Source: Eubacteriales bacterium
Lineage (GTDB): Bacteria > Bacillota > Clostridia > Oscillospirales > CAG-382
Length of the DNA stretch: 64,000 bases
Assembly (NCBI GenBank): GCA_045535465.1
Contig: JAZSLS010000100.1
Location: 559-64,558, forward strand
Direction: 5' to 3'
Part shown: positions 37,915-47,628 of the stretch, piece by piece
How positions within the stretch are numbered: the stretch's first letter is position 1
Layout of the letters: every line of letters starts with the position of its first letter
Made by a program: the position numbers and the translations under genes
Notes under the pieces: model-generated
What the model was told of the DNA's origin: nothing
Seen by the model: the letters and a program-made list of their open reading frames with translations, nothing else
Databases searched by the model: none

Positions 37915-38727
37915 ATGCAGGAGCAGAAAAGTCGTTTTAAACGAAGAGCCATAAACATAGACCAGCTCAAGCAAAGGCAGCAATCAAAAATAATGCGTCG
38001 CCGTGCTTTTTACGTAGGTCTGTTTTTGGCGTTAAGCCTTATATTTACTGCTGTCTGCTTTCTTGTTTTTTTGAAAATAGAAACCGTTAAGATAGACGGC
38101 AAAACCTCCTACACCGAGGAGCAAATACTTGCGGCATTTGGAGTAGAGAAGGGCAAAAACCTTTATTCCTTTGCAGCGTCGGATTTGGAAAAGAAAATGG
38201 TGGAGGAGCTTCCGTATCTTAACGAGGTGGTAATAGAGCGCGATTTGCCCTCTACGGTGGTTATACGTATAAAGGAAAAAGAACCCAATATGTACGTTGA
38301 GATAAAGGGCGACCGTTATCTTCTTACGGACAATATGCAAATTCTTGAATACACAAACGACAGCTCTAAGCTGTACGGACTTTTAAGGGTAGATATGAAC
38401 CCGGAAACCGTTTCACGCTGCATAGTAGGGGAAAAGCTTTCTTTTTCCGACGGCAGAACCGGTGATATCATAGCCAAAGCCTTTGCTGATATACGTGAAT
38501 CGGGACTTGACGGCAGAGTGGATTATCTGGACGCCAATAACCGTTTTGGTATTTATTTAGGCGTGGACGGTAAATACAATATTTATATGGGGGATATAGA
38601 GGAATTTGACACAAAGCTTGCCTTCGCCATAGGTATAATGGAAAAGCTAAGCACTATTCCCGGTGACACTGCAGACGGAACAATAGACGTTTCCGAGATA
38701 AACAAGGGTGTTTTCAGCCCCTCGTAA
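37915..38727 (+). CDS. ftsQ: cell division protein FtsQ/DivIB (POTRA domain)
   Basis: Single TM helix (FYVGLFLALSLIFTAVCFLVFL) followed by a POTRA-like segment (IETVKIDGKTSYTEEQIL). Lies immediately upstream of ftsZ. Confidence 0.8.
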   Translation: MQEQKSRFKRRAINIDQLKQRQQSKIMRRRAFYVGLFLALSLIFTAVCFLVFLKIETVKIDGKTSYTEEQILAAFGVEKGKNLYSFAASDLEKKMVEELPYLNEVVIERDLPSTVVIRIKEKEPNMYVEIKGDRYLLTDNMQILEYTNDSSKLYGLLRVDMNPETVSRCIVGEKLSFSDGRTGDIIAKAFADIRESGLDGRVDYLDANNRFGIYLGVDGKYNIYMGDIEEFDTKLAFAIGIMEKLSTIPGDTADGTIDVSEINKGVFSPS

Positions 38728-38770
38728 GGCAAAAAAATTGAAAAAAGCTCTAAAAAAATAAAAAAAACAC

Positions 38771-38799
38771 TTGAAATTTATAAAAATTAATATTATAAT
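38771..38799 (+). promoter_or_regulatory. ftsZ-proximal sigma-A promoter (TTGAAA-17-TATAAT)
   Basis: TTGAAA at 38771-38776, TATAAT at 38794-38799. The track's ORF start at 38771 is this -35 box. Confidence 0.65.
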
Positions 38800-38851
38800 A
38801 TATAAGAATTATAATCGTCAAAATATACACGTACGCTTGGGAGGTACAAAA

Positions 38852-39946
38852 ATGGCTAAAGATTTAGGCGCACCCGTTGTTAAAATAAAGGTTGTCGGCG
38901 TTGGCGGCGGCGGCGGTAACGCTGTTAACCGTATGATCACCGTTGGCTGTAAGGATATTGAGTTTATAAATGTTAATACAGATATTTCCGCTTTGGAACG
39001 TTCCGCTACCCCTAATATCATCGCTATCGGTGATAGAATTACCAAGGGCCGCGGCGCAGGCGCAAATCCTGACGTAGGTGAAAAGGCTGCTGAGGAAACT
39101 CTTGAACAAATTACCGATTCTATAAAGGATGCTGATATGGTATTTGTAACCGCAGGTATGGGCGGCGGTACAGGTACAGGCGCAGCTCCTATCGTTGCTA
39201 AGGCTGCAAAGCAGCTTGGCATTCTTACCGTTGCAGTTGTTACCAAGCCTTTCGCATTTGAAGGCGCTAAGAGAATGGCACAGGCTGAAGCGGGCATCGA
39301 AAAGCTTAAGGACAATGTTGACTCTCTTATTGTTATCCCCAATGAAAGACTTAAGCTCCTTACCGATAAGAAAATTACCTTCCTTAATGCATTCCAGGAA
39401 GCAGACGAGGTTCTTAGAAAAGGCGTACAGAGCATATCTGACCTTATCACTATGGACGGTCTTATTAACCTTGACTTTGCTGACGTTAGCACCGTAATGA
39501 GCAATGCAGGTCTTGCGCATATGGGCGTTGGTCACGCAAAGGGTAAGGAAAAGGCAGAGCAGGCAGCTAAGATGGCTATGTCCAGTCCTCTTCTTGAAAC
39601 CAACATCAGCGGCGCTAAGGGTATTGTTGTTAACATCACAGCTTCCCTTGATATCGCTCTTGATGAGGTTAACGATGCTGTTGCATTGATTACCAACGAA
39701 GCACATCCCGACGCTAACATCATCTTCGGTGCTGCTTTCGACCAGAGCCTTGAAGACGAAATGATAGTTACTCTTGTTGCTACCGGCTTTGACAGCGAAA
39801 AACGTGGTGACTATCGCAGTAAGCCTATGCCTGCGGCTGAACCTGCAGCAAAGGCAGAAGCTCCTGCAGCTGAAAACGATGATATTGATGATATCATCAG
39901 TATGCTTAACAACAGCCGTAAGAGCAACAGCGGAGACAGATATTAA
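38852..39946 (+). CDS. ftsZ: cell division protein FtsZ
   Basis: I place the start at ATG 38852 (GGGAGG RBS). [13 protein letters not shown] and the tubulin signature [12 protein letters not shown]. Acidic C-terminal tail [11 protein letters not shown]. Confidence 0.97.
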   Translation: MAKDLGAPVVKIKVVGVGGGGGNAVNRMITVGCKDIEFINVNTDISALERSATPNIIAIGDRITKGRGAGANPDVGEKAAEETLEQITDSIKDADMVFVTAGMGGGTGTGAAPIVAKAAKQLGILTVAVVTKPFAFEGAKRMAQAEAGIEKLKDNVDSLIVIPNERLKLLTDKKITFLNAFQEADEVLRKGVQSISDLITMDGLINLDFADVSTVMSNAGLAHMGVGHAKGKEKAEQAAKMAMSSPLLETNISGAKGIVVNITASLDIALDEVNDAVALITNEAHPDANIIFGAAFDQSLEDEMIVTLVATGFDSEKRGDYRSKPMPAAEPAAKAEAPAAENDDIDDIISMLNNSRKSNSGDRY

Positions 39947-39957
39947 TAAGTAAATTT

Positions 39958-40021
39958 AAAGGGTGTTGCACGCAACACCCTTTAATAGCGCTCTGTGATC
40001 TACACAGGGCGTTTTGTTTTT
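39958..40021 (+). terminator. tandem terminator hairpins after ftsZ
   Basis: GGGTGTTG-CACG-CAACACCC at 39961-39980. Then CGCTCTGTG-ATCTA-CACAGGGCG followed by TTTTGTTTTTT. Confidence 0.8.
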
Positions 40022-40040
40022 TCTTGTAAACTTATTTTTG

Positions 40041-40069
40041 TTGACAAATAGAAGGAATTGTGAGATAAT
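40041..40069 (+). promoter_or_regulatory. sigma-A promoter (TTGACA-17-GATAAT, TG-extended) for the LRR lipoprotein genes
   Basis: TTGACA at 40041-40046, TGaGATAAT at 40061-40069. Confidence 0.6.
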
Positions 40070-40124
40070 ATAACTTGAGTAAGAATTTAAAGCCCTATTT
40101 GTGTTTATTGAAAGGACAGTAAGG

Positions 40125-41810
40125 ATGCTTATAAATCAACGTTTAAGCCATATATTTAAACTCACCGTCGCAGCTTTTTTGCTTGGCAGTATATTACTTT
40201 TTGCTACTGCCTGCGGTGACGTAAAAGAGATGATTGATATTTTGGAGGGCGGAGAAGACTCCCACACGGTGCCCGAATCATCAGATGAGGCTTCTAAGGA
40301 AACAGAGGATGTTCCCACCGAACGGCCTTATACCGACGCAAGCTTTTTTGAAACCGCTCCTTACGGTGACGGTCTTGGCATAAAGAATTATACGGGCACA
40401 GATTCCTTTGTTAAAATCCCACCTATCATTGACGAAAAACCTGTTTTGCTGATAAACGCAGGCGCAATAAAGGACGTAAAGGGTGAGGACGGAAACCAAA
40501 CGGTTACAATTACCGATGTAGTAGTTCCCAATACTGTGGAACAGATAAGCTTTTCCGCTTTTTCCGAGTGTAAAAGCCTGCAAGCGCTCTCTTTGCCCTT
40601 TGCCGGCGGCAAGGCGGATAACTATAAATACATTGGTTATATCTTTGGTGCGTATTCTACCGCCGCAAACGCTAAGGTGGTTCCCGAAACCTTGACAAGC
40701 GTACAGATAAACGGGGGCGAAATAGGGGACGAAGCCTTTTTGGGTTGTGAAACTCTTACAGAGGTTAAAATGTCGGGCGTTACTGCAGTAGGTAAAAAGG
40801 CGTTTAGCGGTTGCACTGTGCTTGATACCTTGATTATCCCCGATACCGTTACCTCTATCGGAGACGGCGCTTTCGACGGTTGTGACTCTTTAAGGGTTAT
40901 AAGTCTGCCTTTTCTCGGCAACGGCAGTGATAAGCTGTTCTTAGGTGCAACCTTTGGTGCGGAAAATTACGAGGGCAATTTGGAGTATGTTCCTTCCTCT
41001 CTTCGTTCCGTTACCGTCACTTGCCCCGAAAATATTCCCGAAGGTGCTTTTTACGAGTGCAATAAAATAACTGCTCTTACTATCAAAGCCAATTTAAAAA
41101 CTGTTGGCGAAAAGGCCTTTTATCGTTGTAAAAAGCTTAAAACCCTTACCGTCAATGCTGATGATTACAGCGGCATAAATACCCTTTCCCCTTATGCCTT
41201 TGCCTATTGCTCGGCTCTTGGGGAAATAAAGCTGGACGGCAGCATTACTCTCCTTCCCGAAGGCGTATTTTACGGTTGCACTGCTTTGCGTACCGTGCGC
41301 TTTGGCGAAACCGAAAACATTATGCCCTCCACCGTAACAAGCGTTGAAAAAAGCGCTTTTGCGTATTGCGAAAACCTTTTAAATATGGAGCTTTCCACCT
41401 CGCTCGTTGTTGTTGAGGAGCAGGTTTTTTACGGTTGCTCGTACCTTCGCACCGTAAGCATTCCCGCAGGCGTTACCGAGATTAAAAAGGACGCCTTTAA
41501 GGGCTGCGGCACTCTTAAGACCCTTACCGTGGGGGACGGTCTTACTACAATAGGCAGCGGCGCTTTTTCCTACTGTTCGTCGCTTAACGGCGTGGTTTTG
41601 CCTGCCGGTGTTTCCGTTTTGGGCGACTATGCCTTTGCTTACTGCAGCTCTCTTGCGGATTTAAGCATTAAATGTAACGATGCTACCATAGGCACAGGCG
41701 TGTTTAACGGCTGTACCTCCATCGTTGTTAGTGTAAAGCAGGATAGTGGCACCTATTCCGCACTTATAGAAGCAGGGCTTGGCAACAGCAATCTTAAAGC
41801 TCCCGAATAA
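40125..41810 (+). CDS. BspA-type leucine-rich-repeat (LRR_5) surface lipoprotein
   Basis: I place the start at ATG 40125. Lipobox LLFATAC|G. Many ~23-aa repeats of the form I/VxxIGxxAFxxCxxLxxVxIP. Confidence 0.8.
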   Translation: MLINQRLSHIFKLTVAAFLLGSILLFATACGDVKEMIDILEGGEDSHTVPESSDEASKETEDVPTERPYTDASFFETAPYGDGLGIKNYTGTDSFVKIPPIIDEKPVLLINAGAIKDVKGEDGNQTVTITDVVVPNTVEQISFSAFSECKSLQALSLPFAGGKADNYKYIGYIFGAYSTAANAKVVPETLTSVQINGGEIGDEAFLGCETLTEVKMSGVTAVGKKAFSGCTVLDTLIIPDTVTSIGDGAFDGCDSLRVISLPFLGNGSDKLFLGATFGAENYEGNLEYVPSSLRSVTVTCPENIPEGAFYECNKITALTIKANLKTVGEKAFYRCKKLKTLTVNADDYSGINTLSPYAFAYCSALGEIKLDGSITLLPEGVFYGCTALRTVRFGETENIMPSTVTSVEKSAFAYCENLLNMELSTSLVVVEEQVFYGCSYLRTVSIPAGVTEIKKDAFKGCGTLKTLTVGDGLTTIGSGAFSYCSSLNGVVLPAGVSVLGDYAFAYCSSLADLSIKCNDATIGTGVFNGCTSIVVSVKQDSGTYSALIEAGLGNSNLKAPE

Positions 41811-41821
41811 AGGAAAACCAT

Positions 41822-42865
41822 ATGAAAAAAACCTTATGCTTTATAATAGTTTTAGCGCTTATCGTTTTGTCGGCCTGCGGCGGCTCTAATCAAAAGCCTA
41901 CAGAAGACGAAAGCAAGGCGGAAAGTAACGTTCAAAGCGGCCGGGTGGACGAAAGCCTTGATGCTTCTGTGAACGATTACAGCGATTTTGATGAGGAAAG
42001 CGCCTTCCTGAGCGTTGATGAAAGCTCAGAAGAAAAGCTTGAAGTAATAACCAGCGGTGACTACGGCTATGTTTTGGTTAACACCGTTGCAATGATTTGC
42101 GCCTACAGCGGCACCGAAGCAGAGCTTGAATTGCCTTCCGAGCTGGACGGCTACACCGTTACGGCGATTATGGACGATGCTTTTTCGGGCAACGGCTCTC
42201 TTAAAAGGCTTAGTCTTTCCGACACGGTGGTAAACGTTAGCGAAGGTGCTTTTGCAGAGTGTACCGCTCTTGAGTACGTTTACGTAGGCAGCAGTGTTGC
42301 GGTTATGGACTCTGCGGCATTTGCAGGGTGCGTTTCTCTGAAGGAGATAGAGGTCTCTGCTTCCAATAAAAGCTTTTCTTCGGCAGAGGGCGTGCTGTAT
42401 AATGGGGACAAGAGCGAGCTTATTCGTTGCCCTCAAGCTACCGAAGTGGAGGAGCTTGAAATAGCCGACACTGTACTTCTTATAAAAGCAAACGCCTTTG
42501 CCTCCTGCAAGGGGCTTAAGAAGGTGGTGCTTCCCGTCGGTTGTCAGCTTGAGGAAAAAGCCTTTTTTCACTGTATGGACCTTAGCGAGATAGAATTTGG
42601 CGAAGGCCTTGAGGCGATACCCGCAAAAAGCTTTTTCGGTTGTGTTATGTTGGAGGAAATAAACGTTCCTATGGGCGTAAAAATTATAGGCGACTACGCA
42701 TTTTTCGGCTGCATCAGCGTTAAAAGTGCGGCTTTGCCCGAAACTGTTGAGGAGATAGGAGAGCACGTTTTTAAATCCTGCTCGGCGCTTAAGGAGATAA
42801 AAGCCGAAGGCGAATACTGTAAAAGCTGGTACGCTGACCACGGCAAGAACTATATTAACACTTGA
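41822..42865 (+). CDS. BspA-type leucine-rich-repeat (LRR_5) surface lipoprotein, paralog
   Basis: Lipobox LIVLSAC|G. Acidic linker, then the same AFxxCxxL repeat pattern. Confidence 0.8.
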   Translation: MKKTLCFIIVLALIVLSACGGSNQKPTEDESKAESNVQSGRVDESLDASVNDYSDFDEESAFLSVDESSEEKLEVITSGDYGYVLVNTVAMICAYSGTEAELELPSELDGYTVTAIMDDAFSGNGSLKRLSLSDTVVNVSEGAFAECTALEYVYVGSSVAVMDSAAFAGCVSLKEIEVSASNKSFSSAEGVLYNGDKSELIRCPQATEVEELEIADTVLLIKANAFASCKGLKKVVLPVGCQLEEKAFFHCMDLSEIEFGEGLEAIPAKSFFGCVMLEEINVPMGVKIIGDYAFFGCISVKSAALPETVEEIGEHVFKSCSALKEIKAEGEYCKSWYADHGKNYINT

Positions 42866-42890
42866 TTTTAAGACCTTTTTGTGTTACAAT
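42862..42890 (+). promoter_or_regulatory. sigma-A promoter for thyX (TTGATT-17-TACAAT)
   Basis: TTGATT at 42862-42867 overlaps the upstream stop codon. TACAAT at 42885-42890. Confidence 0.55.
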
Positions 42891-42927
42891 AAACTATTAA
42901 GAACAGCAAAGAAAAGAGGGAATACTT

Positions 42928-43686
42928 ATGAAGGTTGAGATAATTGCACATACTCCCGACTGTGAAAAAATAATTGCATCTGCGGCAAAGCTATGCTATT
43001 CCCAAACGGGCATAGACGGAATAATGGAGGGCTTGACCGAAGAAAAGACCGAAAGCTTTATTAATATGCTGGTTTCCTTGGGTCACGAAAGCCCCTTTGA
43101 GCACGTTAGCTTTACCTTCGGTATAGAGGGCGTTTCCCGTGCTGTTCTTGCCCAGATAACCAGGCATCGTATCGCTTCCTTCAGCGTTCAAAGCCAGCGC
43201 TACGTTAATAAGGAAAGCTTTACTTACATAATGCCTCCCGAGATAGAGGCTCTTCCCGAAGCCAAGGAGGTTTTCCTTCAGGCTATGGAAGAGGATAGGG
43301 CGCATTATATTCGCCTTGCGGCGCTTCTTAAGGAAAAACATACAAAGGCTCTTGTTGAAGGCGGTATGGAGCCGATGGCGGCAGCAAAGGCGGCGGAAAA
43401 AATGGCTTTTGAGGACGCCAGAAGCGTTCTTCCCAACGCTTGCGATACAAAGATAGTTATGACTATGAACGTGCGCTCTCTTTACAATTTCTTTAATCTG
43501 CGCTGCTGCACCCGTGCTCAGTGGGAGATAAGAGCGTTGGCGGAGGAAATGCTTCGCAAGGTTAAGCAGGTTGCTCCTACCTTGTTCAAAAAGGCAGGCC
43601 CTCCTTGCGTTTCCGGCCCTTGTCCCGAAGGCAAGATGAGCTGCGGCAAGGCGCTTGAAATGCGTGAAAAGTATCAAAATATGTAA
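42928..43686 (+). CDS. thyX: FAD-dependent thymidylate synthase ThyX
   Basis: ThyX signature RHRIASFSVQSQRY. Confidence 0.95.
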   Translation: MKVEIIAHTPDCEKIIASAAKLCYSQTGIDGIMEGLTEEKTESFINMLVSLGHESPFEHVSFTFGIEGVSRAVLAQITRHRIASFSVQSQRYVNKESFTYIMPPEIEALPEAKEVFLQAMEEDRAHYIRLAALLKEKHTKALVEGGMEPMAAAKAAEKMAFEDARSVLPNACDTKIVMTMNVRSLYNFFNLRCCTRAQWEIRALAEEMLRKVKQVAPTLFKKAGPPCVSGPCPEGKMSCGKALEMREKYQNM

Positions 43687-43704
43687 TTTTGAGGTGTGTA
43701 AACT

Positions 43705-44382
43705 ATGGCAAAGGGCATACTTATAGCCGTAGACGGTCTTGACGGCTCGGGTAAGGAAACTCAAAGCAAGCTTCTTTGTGCTTTTTTGGATAGCAAGGGC
43801 ATAAAAAACAGGCTTATTTCCTTTCCCACTTATAAAGAGGACAGCAGTGCGCTTATAAATATGTATCTTAAGGGTCAGTTTGGTAAAGACCCCAAGGCGG
43901 TAAACGCCTTTGCCGCTTCCTCCTTCTACGCTATGGACAGATATTGCTCCTATATGCTGGATTGGAAAAAGGACTATGCTGAAGACACGGTTATAATAGC
44001 TAACCGTTATACTACGGCAAACCTTGTGCATCAAATGTCAAAGCTGCCCGAGGAGGAATGGGATAGCTTTGGCAAGTGGCTTTACGAGTACGAATTTTCT
44101 CTTTTAGGCCTGCCTGCACCTACCGAGGTTATTTACCTTTGTTTGCCTCCTTCGGTTTCCGCTTCCCTTGTGCAAAAGCGTTGCGACAGTACAGGTGCGG
44201 TTAAGGATATTCACGAAAACGACAAAAAGCATTTAGAGGACAGCTACAAGGCGGCTCTTTATGCATCCGATAAATACGCTTGGCATAGGATAGACTGTGT
44301 CAAGGATGGCGTTTTACGCAGTATAGAAGACATACACATCGAAGTGTGTGCCGCTATCGGTTCTCTTATAAAGCAGAGCTGA
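43705..44382 (+). CDS. tmk: thymidylate kinase family protein
   Basis: P-loop VDGLDGSGKETQS; 225 aa; adjacent to thyX. Confidence 0.8.
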   Translation: MAKGILIAVDGLDGSGKETQSKLLCAFLDSKGIKNRLISFPTYKEDSSALINMYLKGQFGKDPKAVNAFAASSFYAMDRYCSYMLDWKKDYAEDTVIIANRYTTANLVHQMSKLPEEEWDSFGKWLYEYEFSLLGLPAPTEVIYLCLPPSVSASLVQKRCDSTGAVKDIHENDKKHLEDSYKAALYASDKYAWHRIDCVKDGVLRSIEDIHIEVCAAIGSLIKQS

Positions 44383-44401
44383 GCGGGAAAGGAGATTTTA
44401 G

Positions 44402-44947
44402 ATGAAAGCTGTAATTTTACTTGCAAACGGCTTTGAGGAGTGCGAGGCGCTTACTCCTGCCGATGTACTTAGACGTGCAGGTGCAAACGTTGTGCTTGCT
44501 TCTATTGAGGACGACCTGATTGTTACGGGTGCTCACGGCATAAAGGTAGTGGCAGACGTTCACGTTAGTGATATCTCGGAGGAAATTCCTTTGGTGCTTA
44601 TCCTTCCCGGTGGACTTAAGGGCACCGAGGCCTTGGGCAGCTCCTATCATACCACCGAGCTTATTAATGCCACCGTTTCTGCAGGCAACTACGTTGCGGC
44701 AATTTGTGCGGCGCCTTCTGTTTTAGGCAAGCTTGGCTATTTGGAAGACAGAAATATTGCGTGCTATCCGGGGTTTGAAACCGCAATGCCCGATGCCAAC
44801 CGTACAGGGGAAAAGGTAGAGGTGGATGATATTTTCATTACCGCCGAGGGTATGGGCGTTTCCCTTGAGTTTGCGCTTAAGATAACCGAGCTTCTTTACG
44901 GTGCAGACGTAGCCGACAGAATAGCTGAACAAATAAGGATGGCGTAG
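44402..44947 (+). CDS. DJ-1/PfpI/ThiJ family protein
   Basis: 181 aa. Nucleophile elbow AAICAAPSVL. Confidence 0.85.
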   Translation: MKAVILLANGFEECEALTPADVLRRAGANVVLASIEDDLIVTGAHGIKVVADVHVSDISEEIPLVLILPGGLKGTEALGSSYHTTELINATVSAGNYVAAICAAPSVLGKLGYLEDRNIACYPGFETAMPDANRTGEKVEVDDIFITAEGMGVSLEFALKITELLYGADVADRIAEQIRMA

Positions 44948-44962
44948 CCTAAAGGCGGCATT

Positions 44963-45859
44963 ATGCTTAAGTTTTTAAAATCTGCACCCTTCAGCGTACC
45001 TATGCTGACAGCGGTGATATACGTGTTGCTTTCGCTGTGCGGCAGATACGTTACCGTGTCTACCGTAGGTGATGACAGCATATTTTTGGTAATAATAATA
45101 GTACAGGTTATAGTTTTTGCCGTACCTGCGTTTTTGTACTACGGGCTTAAGGGCGGCAAGCTTAACTATCCAATGCTTTCGGAAAAGGTAAGCGGCAACG
45201 CTGTTTTGTATACCGTGGGCGCTTTTGGCGTAATGGTTTGCGGCAGTCTGCTTATACAGCTTTTGTTTTACAGCGGCGGCAACAATATGACCTTTGACAA
45301 GGGGTATATGGACTCGTTGTTTACGGGTGAAAAGAACGGCATAGGGCTGTTTTTGGCATATTGCCTTATTCCTGCCGTTAGCGAGGAGCTGTTTTTTCGA
45401 GGAATAGTTATAGGCGAGTATAAGAAATACGGCAGCTTTAATGCTGTACTTATAAGCACCTTGTATTTTACCTTGGTTCATTTTTCCGCAGAAGGCTTTA
45501 TAATGTATCTGTTTGCGGGCTTGGTTCTAAGCGTAAGTACGGTGGTGTGCAGGTCTGTGTATCCGTCTATGGCTTTGCACCTTGCCTTTAACGTGTACGG
45601 CTTGTACGGCAATGCGGCGTTTATAAGCAAAACCGCTTATAACACCAGCACGCTTTTTGTGGGCTTTGTGCTTTTTGTGGCTTTGCTTTTGTGTCTTGCC
45701 TTTGCGTTTTCAAGGGTGGAGAATATGTACGCCGCTTATTCCGATGCATCCGAGGGTGAAACCGTACCCGAAAAAAGCATAAACAATCTTTTTATTTATA
45801 TAACACCGGCACTTATAGTGCCTATTGCAGTATTTATTATTATCAACGCCTTGCTGTAA
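44963..45859 (+). CDS. CPBP-family intramembrane glutamic endopeptidase (CAAX protease-like)
   Basis: Polytopic membrane protein. Motifs SEELFFRG and FTLVHF. Confidence 0.8.
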   Translation: MLKFLKSAPFSVPMLTAVIYVLLSLCGRYVTVSTVGDDSIFLVIIIVQVIVFAVPAFLYYGLKGGKLNYPMLSEKVSGNAVLYTVGAFGVMVCGSLLIQLLFYSGGNNMTFDKGYMDSLFTGEKNGIGLFLAYCLIPAVSEELFFRGIVIGEYKKYGSFNAVLISTLYFTLVHFSAEGFIMYLFAGLVLSVSTVVCRSVYPSMALHLAFNVYGLYGNAAFISKTAYNTSTLFVGFVLFVALLLCLAFAFSRVENMYAAYSDASEGETVPEKSINNLFIYITPALIVPIAVFIIINALL

Positions 45860-45885
45860 AACGGCAAACGGAGGTATTTTAGATA

Positions 45886-47625
45886 GTGGATAACAGAAAA
45901 AGCGTTAAAGAAAATTCCGACGAACTGCTTGAAATGCTTGACCGCCTGACTGGTAAGGAAGGCCAAGAGGAAAGCACATCTTCGGAAAATAGCGAAACGG
46001 CTTCGGCAGAACCTGCTTCCGAACAGGAAAACGTAGGCTCTACCGTGGTGTTCCCTCCCGTGGGGACTGAGCCTATCGAAGAAGAAACACCCGTTGTGAC
46101 GGAGGAAGAGGACACTTCCGCTCATTACAGCGACGATTTGGGCGACGATATGGTACGCCCGGCTCCCGAGGAAGGCCATCTTACCGATGATAAGGGCAAC
46201 AGCGTGGAGGTAAAAGAGGACGCCAATACCGACGCTGTGGCAGACGTGCATTTTTCAGGCAACGAAGCGGCAAAAGCAAAAGCCCGCAGGGCTTATGCTA
46301 AGGCAAAACGCCGCAATGCCAAAAAACGTGCCAGAGGCAGCGTTGCCATTGGTATAGCCAAGGCGCTGATATACACCTTTGCGGTATGCGCCCTGTCCTT
46401 TTTCGTGGTTTTTGGCTTCTTTGATTTTTGGCCCGGAATTATTCCTATGGCAAACGACGTATTTGCCTTTACCAAAAGCGGAACAGAGGTTACGGTTGCC
46501 ATAGAAGACGGAATGACCACCGAGCAGGTAGCTGAAAAGCTTCACGAAGAAGGTATAATAGAAGAAGAAAAGGTATTTAAGTTTTACGTAAAATATAAGT
46601 ACGACGAGGGCGTAGAGCTTGATAAGGAGGATCTTGCAGGTTCGCTTTTTCACCTAGGTAAGGAATTTGTAAAGACTATGTTCTTTGGCGGCGATATAGA
46701 CCCTAAGTACGAGCTTAAGTATCTTTCGGGCAACCATACTCTCTCTGCGGATATGAACTACGACCAGATAATTTCCACCCTAACCACCACAGCGTATCTA
46801 AGGGAGGAGGTTACCGTGACTATACCCGAAGGCTATACCGTAGACCAGATAATTAATCTTTTGGTAGACAGCGGCGTAGGCACAAAGGAAGAGTACGTGT
46901 ATGCCATAAACGAGTATCCATATAAGCACGAGTTTGTTCAGCTTCTTAACGAAAGCGGCTTTGCGGAAGGCCGCAATTACAGGCTTGAAGGGTATTTGTA
47001 CCCCGACACCTATATATTTTATAAGGACACAAGCGAGGTAGAGGTAATCAATAAGATGCTTAACGGCTTCTACTCCCGTGTGTGGGTTGAGTATTATACT
47101 ACGTATAAACCCGCTTGTGATAAGATGGGCTTTACCTTTGACGAGATGGTGACCTTTGCTTCCATAGTACAGGCAGAGGGTAAAAGCTTTACGGATTTTG
47201 AAAACGTTTCTCAGGTGTTCCATAACCGTTTTACGTCCACCACCTTTGATAAGCTTGAATCCTGTGCTACCATTCAGTACGCTATGGACTGTGACAACGT
47301 AAGGAACGGTCTTCCCGTGGTTCGTAAGCCTATTCTCAGCGACGAGGATACCAAGTACGAAACACCCTACAACACCTATTTGTATCAGGGGCTTCCTCCC
47401 GGAGCTATATGCAACCCCGGTCTGGACGCTATTGAAGCGGCACTTTATCCCGATATGTCTGACGATATAAAGCAAAGCTTTGGTATTACCACCGCCTACT
47501 ATTTCAATTCCGATATGGCAGGTAATATGTATTACGCTCAAACTCCTTACCAGCACAGCATTAATAAGCAAACGGCGGCAAAGGTTAACGAGCAAATAGA
47601 AAACGGTACCTATACAGGTAATTAA
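45886..47625 (+). CDS. mltG: endolytic murein transglycosylase MltG (YceG-like) with long acidic N-terminal extension
   Basis: GTG start. A ~150-aa acidic low-complexity N-terminus, a TM helix, then the YceG domain (FASIVQAEG, YNTYLYQGLPPGAICNPG). Confidence 0.85.
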   Translation: MDNRKSVKENSDELLEMLDRLTGKEGQEESTSSENSETASAEPASEQENVGSTVVFPPVGTEPIEEETPVVTEEEDTSAHYSDDLGDDMVRPAPEEGHLTDDKGNSVEVKEDANTDAVADVHFSGNEAAKAKARRAYAKAKRRNAKKRARGSVAIGIAKALIYTFAVCALSFFVVFGFFDFWPGIIPMANDVFAFTKSGTEVTVAIEDGMTTEQVAEKLHEEGIIEEEKVFKFYVKYKYDEGVELDKEDLAGSLFHLGKEFVKTMFFGGDIDPKYELKYLSGNHTLSADMNYDQIISTLTTTAYLREEVTVTIPEGYTVDQIINLLVDSGVGTKEEYVYAINEYPYKHEFVQLLNESGFAEGRNYRLEGYLYPDTYIFYKDTSEVEVINKMLNGFYSRVWVEYYTTYKPACDKMGFTFDEMVTFASIVQAEGKSFTDFENVSQVFHNRFTSTTFDKLESCATIQYAMDCDNVRNGLPVVRKPILSDEDTKYETPYNTYLYQGLPPGAICNPGLDAIEAALYPDMSDDIKQSFGITTAYYFNSDMAGNMYYAQTPYQHSINKQTAAKVNEQIENGTYTGN

Positions 47626-47628
47626 ACG

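Noticed and set aside
38818-39706. Two long minus-strand ORFs (228 and 280 aa)
   Set aside because: Both are antisense to ftsZ and read as low-complexity Ser/Pro/Ala or Cys/Asn-rich sequence.
39885-39905. TGATGATATCATCA palindrome resembling the 12-bp motif of the 24.8-kb array
   Set aside because: It lies inside ftsZ and encodes the acidic tail DDIDDIIS. I treat it as a coincidental coding sequence.
42991-44034. 347-aa minus-strand ORF
   Set aside because: Antisense to thyX and tmk. It crosses an intergenic gap without any coding signal.
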